64,000 bases of DNA from an uncultured Bacteroidales bacterium. GTDB lineage: Bacteria; Bacteroidota; Bacteroidia; Bacteroidales; Paludibacteraceae. Below the pieces are notes generated by a model. The model saw only the letters and a list, made by a program, of their open reading frames with translations, did no database searches and had not been told where the DNA came from. The DNA lies in the NCBI GenBank assembly GCA_946404495.1, contig CAMJDT010000003.1, positions 4,630 through 68,629 of the forward strand, written 5' to 3'. Both the position numbers and the translations under genes were made by a program. Positions 27,155 to 36,000 of this stretch are shown here, in pieces; position 1 is the first letter of the stretch, and each line of letters begins with the position of its first letter.

Positions 27155-27372
27155 AAATGGACAAATGGAAAAATGGACAAAAAGGACCAAGTAACAATAC
27201 AAGCGCAATACAAGTAGGATACAAGTACAATACAAGGTAGAGAGAAAAAGTGCAGAAAGTGCAGAAAGTGCAAAGCAAAATTTTAAGAGTGCCAGAGTGT
27301 CAGAGTGTCAGAGTGCCACGACAAAAAAATGAAATGGACAAATGGACATATGGACAAAATGGACAGAGTAAA
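27151..27372. repeat. Block of five different short tandem-repeat arrays (8-11 nt units)
   Basis: (GGACAAAT)x4, degenerate, at 27151-27186. (CAATACAAG-N)x4 at 27195-27237. (AAAGTGCAG)x3 at 27247-27273. (AGAGTGYC)x4 at 27286-27317. (ATGGACAWA)x4 at 27333-27366. Confidence 0.8.
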
Positions 27373-27473
27373 ATTACGATAAAGTAACCCACCAGTGACG
27401 TCCACGATGATCGCGAGATGGTCACGGAGGAGGAAGCAAAAAAATAGAAACTATTAAAGCACAAGATATAGTT

Positions 27474-30389
27474 ATGGCAGAAGAGAAGAAAAATATTCCG
27501 GAGAACGCAATCATCTTCCGTATGGGAGAAGAGACGGGTATTGTGATTGAGAAAACAGAGGAGCAATTTAAGCATTCTCCGTTCAAAGAGCAGTACCGTC
27601 AAGTATTTGATATCATGGACACCATTATTGTGCGTTCGACTAAGACGGAAACGCACAAAGACATAGATGATAAGATGTCAAATATCATCGTGTTCTGTGG
27701 TGATCGGGGAGAAGGTAAGACTTCTGCTCTTGAGACTGTGCGTGGAATTCTTTCCAATAAAACGATTATGAAAAATGCACAGGATGCCAAATTATTCTCG
27801 TCAGAAAGAATTGATTCTGATAGTTTTAAAGTATTACGATTAGTTGATCCGGCCTTCTTCGACTCAAAACATAACTTATTGGAATTGTTAATCGGTCAGA
27901 TGTATGCTGACATATGCGATGACGACAGACGTAAAATGGTGGAGGATGAATGCTCTAATAGATGTAATGAAAACATTGCTAATCGTAATCGCTTAATGGA
28001 GAAATTCCAGAAGGTGAAAAGAAGTTTGGCGATAATCAATAAGGCTCCGGATAAAAATGCTTATGACGATTTAGAAGAAATAGATGATCTGGCAGCCGGT
28101 ATTGAATTGAAAAGCAAATTTAACGAGTTGTTGCATTGCTATGCACGATATTTTCATAAAGAACGTGTCTTAATCAGTATTGATGATCTTGACTTAAATG
28201 CTACGGAAGGATATCAAATGGCGGAAGAGATCCGCAAATATCTTAGTTCGCCAGAGCATTGTGTTGTGTTGTTGGCGGTTAAGATAGAACAGATGGTAGA
28301 GGTCGTTCAATCGTACTTGCGGCAACGAATGGACAAAGAAGTTGTTTCTAACGAGACTATCAAAGAGATGGCCATTCGGTATGTGATGAAATTAATACCT
28401 GAAAGTAACCGTATTTTGATGCCAAGTGGAGAAGAAATAGTAGAGCAGATGGTTCAATTATACAATGGAGATAAACCTGATGATGATCCTTTATCAGTAA
28501 AAGAAACTGTTGTTCGGCTTATTTATAAGAAGACAGGATATATTTTTGTGAACGGGCGAAACATATCTCCTATAGTGCCCATTAATCTCCGTTCGGTTCG
28601 CCTTCTATTGGGAATGTTATGGAAGATGCCGAACTCAAAGAACGAAGATAACAGTGATAACTTAAAAAATAAAGCCGACTTTAAAGCATATTTCAACTCT
28701 GTATGGATCGCTGGTCTTTCAGAGGAGAATTTGGTATTTGTGGAAACATTAGCTCATAATGAAGACATCATTTCTATTAATAAAGATGTTGTATCTCATT
28801 TAGGAAACATACTACGCCCCAAAGACAGAAAAGAAACAATAGAAATATCAGACAGCATAGTTACGGCTATTTTACATCCTTATAATGCTATGCAGAACAT
28901 TTCTCTAGGAGACGTGTTCTATGTTATGAATTATGTAGAGAATGTTAATGCTTCGGCTGAGACTAAGCATCTTATCTATTTCTTACGAGCTTTTTACTCC
29001 ATGAAATTGTATGAGACTTATAATGTTATTTCAGAATCTGAGGATAAGTTGTTTCCTAAAGAAGAAGGGAATGTCGCAATATATAAATACGATAAAAAAA
29101 TTCAGAAACTTAACTTGTTACAAAGATTAGTCAATGGCTCATATTTCACATACGAAGCAGGAGCTTTAATACGTAAAGACGATCGTCACATTCCAAGAGA
29201 CAAAAGAGCTATTAATGGTAAGGAGTTGTGCTCTTTATTTAAAAATCTTTCCCCTGAATCAAGTGATGTAGATTGGCAATTATGTGAGTTTTTCGCATTA
29301 ACTACGAGATATCCTCTATATTCTCGGCAAGATTTAGATTATGATAGGACACAAACTACTCGTTCGTATTATGATGCTTTTAGTGATCACAATAACTACA
29401 TAGCGTTTGATGTTTTATCCATATTTAGCAATGTTGTTAACATTAAGCAAACATACCAAAGGTGGAATGAACTATACAAAGGAGGTACGTCTGACTTCTT
29501 CGAAGATTCATTGGCTCGCGACAAATCCTTGTTAAAAGATATATTAGCTATTTGTCTGCAAAAACATAATACAAATGAAAATAATTTAGAACATCAATGG
29601 CATTGTTTCATTTCGGAGGCGATAATTCGTTTCTCTGAAGTGCAGTTGGCAATTGTAGATACGTTAATTAATAAAAGAGATGCAGCCAAGACCGGAGGCA
29701 ACTTATTCAATATAGCTAACACATATCAATATATACGTGACTTAGGAATAAAACTATATCCGAATCATATTCAGGAGGAAGAAGATTCTTATAACATGGA
29801 ATTTTGGTTTTTGGAACCAATCATTACGTTCTTAAATCATAAAGAAACTAATTTAACTGAAGAGAAATTTAATAGTATATATCAATTTGATGTTACGGCG
29901 AAATCTATTAGAGACGCATTAGAAACAATATTTGGCAAAACTATTCTTAAACCAAAACAAGAAGAGCTTACGGGAATAGAGATTCGTAAAATTATTGAAA
30001 AACAGAAAGATTCAGATATATACGAGAATATAAATTGGGAAGAACTATTTGATGAGAGCACGAAATACTCGAGAGAAGATATCATTGCCATACTTTCTGA
30101 GGAAAAGACTTTTAGTGTTGTAAGGCAGATTTCTCGTTCTATCCAAGAGCGTGAAAGGATGGCAGAAAAGGTGACTGAGAGTGTAATGCGCAAGGTTACC
30201 AAAGAAATAAGCACTACGCAAACTGCTGTCCAAAGGGCATTAGAGCCCTTTACTAAACAAATATCGGATCTTGCGTCTAAGATGGAAGAAGTGAAAGCAA
30301 ACATAATAGAAGAAGGACTTAATAGGGCAGCTGAAATTGAAAGAATAGAAAAGAGATTAGACGAACAGCAAAAGGGAATAACTGAGTAA
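27474..30389 (+). CDS. rdrA: Large KAP-like P-loop NTPase (971 aa); RdrA-like ATPase of a RADAR-type defence system
   Basis: Walker A is IIVFCGDRGEGKTSAL and Walker B is RVLISIDDLDLN (a KAP-type DDLD). About 650 aa of helical sequence follow, ending in a coiled-coil tail. The stop TAA is directly abutted by the ATG of the deaminase gene. The gene is AT-rich. Confidence 0.7.
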   Translation: MAEEKKNIPENAIIFRMGEETGIVIEKTEEQFKHSPFKEQYRQVFDIMDTIIVRSTKTETHKDIDDKMSNIIVFCGDRGEGKTSALETVRGILSNKTIMKNAQDAKLFSSERIDSDSFKVLRLVDPAFFDSKHNLLELLIGQMYADICDDDRRKMVEDECSNRCNENIANRNRLMEKFQKVKRSLAIINKAPDKNAYDDLEEIDDLAAGIELKSKFNELLHCYARYFHKERVLISIDDLDLNATEGYQMAEEIRKYLSSPEHCVVLLAVKIEQMVEVVQSYLRQRMDKEVVSNETIKEMAIRYVMKLIPESNRILMPSGEEIVEQMVQLYNGDKPDDDPLSVKETVVRLIYKKTGYIFVNGRNISPIVPINLRSVRLLLGMLWKMPNSKNEDNSDNLKNKADFKAYFNSVWIAGLSEENLVFVETLAHNEDIISINKDVVSHLGNILRPKDRKETIEISDSIVTAILHPYNAMQNISLGDVFYVMNYVENVNASAETKHLIYFLRAFYSMKLYETYNVISESEDKLFPKEEGNVAIYKYDKKIQKLNLLQRLVNGSYFTYEAGALIRKDDRHIPRDKRAINGKELCSLFKNLSPESSDVDWQLCEFFALTTRYPLYSRQDLDYDRTQTTRSYYDAFSDHNNYIAFDVLSIFSNVVNIKQTYQRWNELYKGGTSDFFEDSLARDKSLLKDILAICLQKHNTNENNLEHQWHCFISEAIIRFSEVQLAIVDTLINKRDAAKTGGNLFNIANTYQYIRDLGIKLYPNHIQEEEDSYNMEFWFLEPIITFLNHKETNLTEEKFNSIYQFDVTAKSIRDALETIFGKTILKPKQEELTGIEIRKIIEKQKDSDIYENINWEELFDESTKYSREDIIAILSEEKTFSVVRQISRSIQERERMAEKVTESVMRKVTKEISTTQTAVQRALEPFTKQISDLASKMEEVKANIIEEGLNRAAEIERIEKRLDEQQKGITE

Positions 30390-32987
30390 ATGGACTTTGA
30401 ACGAGCGAGCATAAAGGCGTTATTCTACGATTATCCGGTAGAAGCGGTGGTGAAAGCCATCGAGGATGCACGTAGATATAAGGATGACTTCATTGACATC
30501 CTCCCTCAACTTGTGCGTTGGCGTGAAGATGCTTTCACGACAACTGAGGCTCGCTTAATGGAGAATTTGGCGCAAGATATATGGATGAATCTGAATAGCG
30601 AGAATGCGCTAAATGAATATGCAGATGAGCAAGATGCGACAAGGATTCCATTTATCTACCGCCCGTTCTTACTCGTTCGGTATATGGCCGATATTTTAGT
30701 GACGCATGATGCGAAGACACATCAACCTATGGCTGTCTTCGATGAATTGCTTAGATGGAAGGATACAACATTATTTGTAGGAGAAGACTTGCTGACAACT
30801 GCATATTTGGCAAATAAAGATGTAATTTCTAATCCCAAGTGCCAAACAACTCTCTTCGCATGGCCGGACCATATAAGGCATAATAACGAGGAGTTACACG
30901 AGGTGTTAAGCCGAGGAGTAATAGATCTTCATGCACATTATAATGCGACATGTGATGTCTTTAACCTCAATTGGATCGATTTAACAAACTCGCTAAATAA
31001 TATCGAAAAAAAATTGAATGATGTTAAGCAATATCAAGATGTGACACTCTCTGTAGCCAATACGGAGCAGTTATATACGTTCAAACGAATGTGTATTGCT
31101 GCAGCATACTTGAGGGTGCAATTCTTTAAGTTGCTAAACAACCTATGCACTTGCGACAAGCAGTTCTGTCATAGCATAATGTGTGTAAAGCGCATTTTGG
31201 AAGACGAGATGTATGCGAATCGGATTAAGCGGGATCTTAGTGCAGAAATCGGTGTTTTGCGGACATCTGCTATAAAAAGTCGAAATGGAAGAACTTTGGA
31301 TTATGCCATCCTCCCCGATGATGTAAAGGGACATGTTAAGGATGCTAATATCATCTTCCACGGAGAACGTAAACTGATGTATCAGTTCTTCTATCGCTTC
31401 TATGGATACGATAAGACGATGTGGGCATTGGCACCGTATTTCTACTTGTATTTGATACTAAAGACGCGTATCCGCAAGGAGTTCGTCCAAATCAATCAAC
31501 TGAAGGGCTTTGAGAATTTTGAGACCTATCAAGATAGAAAAGATATCTTTATCAAGGAGCACGATCCGATTGCAGAAATATTTGACCCTATAGTACTACA
31601 GACTACATTGCGTGGTAGTGACAATGATCACTTAGAAGGACGTATTACTCCGAAGGAATTGCGACATATGACGAGTCACTCGCGTATGCGTGTACTCAAT
31701 TATAATAAAGGAATATTCACACAACGCAAAGTTATGGATAATGCTGCGAAGCATCTGTCGTTAGTCGTGCATTTCATAAAAGCCAACTATAGTAAATCGG
31801 AAAAAGCGCATGATTTATATTTGAGCAACCGTCAGGACTATCCACGTTACTATAACTATCGCAATGAATTAAAGGCTCATATCAAACAAGTCCTGAGGGT
31901 TTACAAGAAACAGCAAAGTCGTCCGGACGATATACAAATAGTGGGTATAGATGCAGCCAGCACGGAGATGTTCTGCCGACCGGAGGTATTCGGTCATGTG
32001 TTCCGATATGCGCGTAAAAGGGGATTAAATAACCTGACGTATCATGTTGGAGAAGATTTCTTCGATATCGTAGATGGTCTGCGTGCGATAGATGAAGCGA
32101 TGTTGTTCTTAGGCTTAGGAGCTAAATGCCGTATCGGACATGCGTTAGCAATGGGTGTTGAAGCCAAGAAGTATTACGAGAAACGGAGATTCAATATCCT
32201 TGCGCCTAAACAATATGTGTTGGATAATTGCGTTTGGCTCTGTATGACTGCCAGCAAAGAAGATGTAGAAATACCGAACTCCTTAGAAACAGAACTTAAT
32301 CGTTTTGCGCGAGAACTATACAAGGCAATAGGCTATAATAAGGTTTGTCCGTTCGACATGCAGACATATTGGAATAGTATGCTTTTGCGCGGAGATGAAC
32401 CATGTAAACTGGATCAAAAGTCTAACCTGACATTATGGGCGAAAGCGACCATGACCGATTGGGACCAAACGGCAGAAGTAGATGAAGAAATAGTTAATGT
32501 GGCTCGTCAAGATCAAGAAGCATGCCTTCTTTATCAGACATATCATTTTGATCATATCGTTAAAGTCAATGGAGAAAAACGCTATCAAGGCAAATACCCA
32601 GAGACGATAGCTGATATTGTTGATCAACTCCAAGCAAAAATGCGCTGCAAGGTTGCTGCTAAACAGATTGCTGTGGAGTGTAATCCGACTTCGAACTTAA
32701 AGATTGGCTTTGTGGATAAGTATTGCGAACATCCGTTGCTCACAAAGTTTGATCCGATTGAATATCAATCAGACTCGCATTACCCGTTATTGAACGCTTC
32801 TGTAAATACGGATGATAGAGGAGTCTTTGCGACAACATTATATAACGAGTTCTCATTACTGGCCTTGGGAATGATAAAAGAGAAGAAAGAAAACGGAGAA
32901 CGCAAATATGGAACGCGTCAGGTAATGGAATACATTGAACACCTTCGCCAAGCAGGTGAGAAACAACGATTTAATAATTTGAAATAA
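30390..32987 (+). CDS. rdrB: Large divergent adenosine-deaminase-fold protein (865 aa); RdrB-like
   Basis: The ADA/amidohydrolase motifs appear in canonical order: VIDLHAHYN (HxH, ~30918), TYHVGEDF (~32040), RIGHALAMG (~32130), VECNPTSN, SVNTDDRGVF (~32803). They are embedded in a protein about 2.5x the size of a housekeeping Add. Confidence 0.75.
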   Translation: MDFERASIKALFYDYPVEAVVKAIEDARRYKDDFIDILPQLVRWREDAFTTTEARLMENLAQDIWMNLNSENALNEYADEQDATRIPFIYRPFLLVRYMADILVTHDAKTHQPMAVFDELLRWKDTTLFVGEDLLTTAYLANKDVISNPKCQTTLFAWPDHIRHNNEELHEVLSRGVIDLHAHYNATCDVFNLNWIDLTNSLNNIEKKLNDVKQYQDVTLSVANTEQLYTFKRMCIAAAYLRVQFFKLLNNLCTCDKQFCHSIMCVKRILEDEMYANRIKRDLSAEIGVLRTSAIKSRNGRTLDYAILPDDVKGHVKDANIIFHGERKLMYQFFYRFYGYDKTMWALAPYFYLYLILKTRIRKEFVQINQLKGFENFETYQDRKDIFIKEHDPIAEIFDPIVLQTTLRGSDNDHLEGRITPKELRHMTSHSRMRVLNYNKGIFTQRKVMDNAAKHLSLVVHFIKANYSKSEKAHDLYLSNRQDYPRYYNYRNELKAHIKQVLRVYKKQQSRPDDIQIVGIDAASTEMFCRPEVFGHVFRYARKRGLNNLTYHVGEDFFDIVDGLRAIDEAMLFLGLGAKCRIGHALAMGVEAKKYYEKRRFNILAPKQYVLDNCVWLCMTASKEDVEIPNSLETELNRFARELYKAIGYNKVCPFDMQTYWNSMLLRGDEPCKLDQKSNLTLWAKATMTDWDQTAEVDEEIVNVARQDQEACLLYQTYHFDHIVKVNGEKRYQGKYPETIADIVDQLQAKMRCKVAAKQIAVECNPTSNLKIGFVDKYCEHPLLTKFDPIEYQSDSHYPLLNASVNTDDRGVFATTLYNEFSLLALGMIKEKKENGERKYGTRQVMEYIEHLRQAGEKQRFNNLK

Positions 32988-33010
32988 TAACAAAAAATTA
33001 TACAAACATT

Positions 33011-36000
33011 ATGAAAAAGATTAAATTTTTAAAAACACTATTGGTATTGATAGGAGTACTAATAGGGAGTGTATCACACATGAGGGCAGAAGCATGGCTC
33101 AAGGGCGGTGTTTGGATGCAATTGTCCTATAATAGTACAACATGGAGTGCAGATCACTATGTGAACGATAAGGCACAAGCTAAAGGAAGCCTTGGTACAC
33201 TAACGACGGACGTTGTGGTAACACAATGTTATTGGAAAAATACAACTGACTGGGGCGTACATCATACAGTTAATGGATTACAGTGGACATTAGACAACGG
33301 TTCAAATTGGTCAAATCACACAGAGAACCACACCGGTGAAAACGGCACGTATCAAGTGGGGAGCAATTCATATTCATGGACGCTTATAGAAGTAGAAAGC
33401 AACTCGGGAATCTTCACTATGAAATATGATTTTTGGGCTGATTACTATTACGATGCAAGTAACTGTAACGATCATTCATGGGCACCTGGTGGTTCTGGAA
33501 ATGATTTCTCATTAACCTACACCATTCTTCCTCCGGATCCGACTGCTATTAGTGTAACAGCCAGTTCAGGTAGTATTGGCGGTGATGGCTCTGCGGGGAG
33601 TCCTTTTTTAGTTCAACACAATGGTAGTCTGACGCTATCGACATCCGGAACTCCGGCTCATAACAATGATGGAAACTCAAGTCTGTATGTTAAATATGGT
33701 AGCGATAGTTATAGTGGCACTACAACTAAAACAATATCTTCTATCACTTCTACGGATGCCCAATATATAGATATAGAAATCAAATACTATAATAGCGGAG
33801 CATCACTATCCTCGGCTACGCCAAGAACTAAACGAGTATACTATAAAGTAGCAACTTATGCCATCACATTGGATGATAATGGTTCGTATCTAAGCGATGG
33901 TAGTGCGACGGCAGCATATAAGCGTACTACGTTAACGAATATCACTGCTCCGCGCCGTACTGGTTATCACGTTGACGGATATTATGGAGAGGCTGGAACC
34001 ACTACGCATATATCTGACGCGAGCGGTAACTTACAAGCCAGCAAGACTGTAAGCACTACTCCATACACAGATAAAGATAGTCAGTGGTTAAAACAATCTG
34101 CAACTACCCTTTATACAAAGTGGGCTGCGAACACTTATGATGTAACGCTGAAAGCTAACACAGGTACTGGTGATGACCAAGTTGTACAAGCGACGTATGA
34201 TGCTGAAATGCCAACGACCTTGAAAGGAAGTAGTGATGCCGTTACGGTACACACCAAGACGGGATATAATCTGTTAGGATATTGGGATGCAACATCTGAC
34301 GGAAATCAGTACTATAGTTATAATGTAGGAACAAGTACCCTATCTTCGTATACGACTTGGAATAAGACAAGCGCTACTGACCTTTATGCGCATTGGTCTG
34401 CTGCGACATACACCGTAACGCTTGATTATAACGAAATGGGTTATGGAAGTGCAGGAGCAGGTGTGGAGAATTCGGTAAGTGCTACTTATGATGCCGCTAT
34501 GCCGGCAATGGGTACTGCTCCGACACCGGCAGTTGGATATACGTTCATGGGATATTTCACCGAAGCAGGCGGTGGAGGTACGAAATATTATAATGCAAAT
34601 GGTTCCTCCGCCCATATCTGGGATATAGCGGAGAATACAACTCTCTATGCGTACTATAAGAAAACGACCATTACTGGTTTTACTCATGCAGCAACTATAG
34701 CAAAGGCTTCAACGACATACTTGACGGTTAATCCGACATTGGATCCGGCGAGCGGTTTCCAAGGATACGTTGACATCTGCTGGACGCTGCTCTATGCCGA
34801 TACAGATAACCCGGTTGATGGCTCGCATTGGAGCGTAGCAGCTGATACAGAAGGCGGTTCAAAACCCCGTCAAGTTAAGTATACCTTGACTAGTTTGGAG
34901 AACGGTTCGTATAAGGTAAAAGCTGTGTTGAAAGCCAACGCAACTTCAGGTTTTACTCCTTGCTCTGCCGGTACAGAACTGCAAACGGCGACCAGTACTT
35001 TCTCAATCATTGGTGACAATACCGTGACGATAAAGTATGTAGATAACACTTCGGGTGCAACGATTGCTGCAAATAGTAGTACTTCTATTCCTGCCGGCGA
35101 CTCTGTGGATGTAGTCGCCCCAAGCATCATCGGTTATAACTTTACTACGTGGGAAATGGGTGATGGCGTTGCTTTAGCTGGTAACCCGGTATCAGTAGCA
35201 ACCAACTGTACCATCAAGATTAAAGCTACCTACGATGGTACGATTAAGGCGAAGTATACGAAGGTAAATACGATTTACTTTAAGAATACTTTAGGATGGT
35301 CGGCTGTTTATGTGAACTTACTGACATCATCCTACTGGAATGACATTACAGGTTCCGGTAACTATGATAGGGGGAATCGTAATATCGCGATGGAAAGGAT
35401 AGGAACTAGTGATATTTGGTATTACGAATACACCGATAAAGGTACCTCAAATTATGTTTCGTTTACGAATAAGATTCAAAATGGAGCAGATGAAAGAGGT
35501 GCTGGAAATTTCTGGGATTCAGATGAAAATGACAATGTACAAGTAGTTTATCCGACTCGGCCGAATGATGATGCAAGCGAGCAAGATGCTTACGGCTTCA
35601 ATGTAAATACTCCGATGTTTATTCCTCTTTCGGAACAAACTCCGTTAGAGAAAAACAGCACAAATTCACCGGCTGGCCGCGCATTTTACTATAACAAGGG
35701 ATATTGGGCAAAATATGATCCTATCACTCGTGAGACGGGTTATACCTTAACGATATTTAATAAAAAGACGCGTGCTGATTCTCCTGATGCCGGATCGAAA
35801 GATCCTGCGATACTGAAATCGATACCGTTTGTATTTAGTGAAGGAATGACTTTCCCTGTAACGGTAACGGTAGATTTGGAGGCTGGTATCACATATGGAT
35901 TCAAAATTTACCGTGATAAGGGTAACTCAGGTGATCAATACAGTTGGTACGGGAATGCTAATACTATGTCAAACGGACATAGCGGTGATTTCAGCGCAGC

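Noticed and set aside
27151-27372. A possible CRISPR array, because of the many short repeats upstream of the defence genes.
   Set aside because: The units are only 8-11 nt and directly tandem, with no unique spacers. There are five unrelated motifs, no 24-48-nt repeat, and no cas genes in the window.
27300-27656. A 118-aa minus-strand ORF overlapping the start of the NTPase gene.
   Set aside because: It runs antisense across the rdrA-like start and the tandem-repeat block, has low-complexity sequence, and has no promoter.
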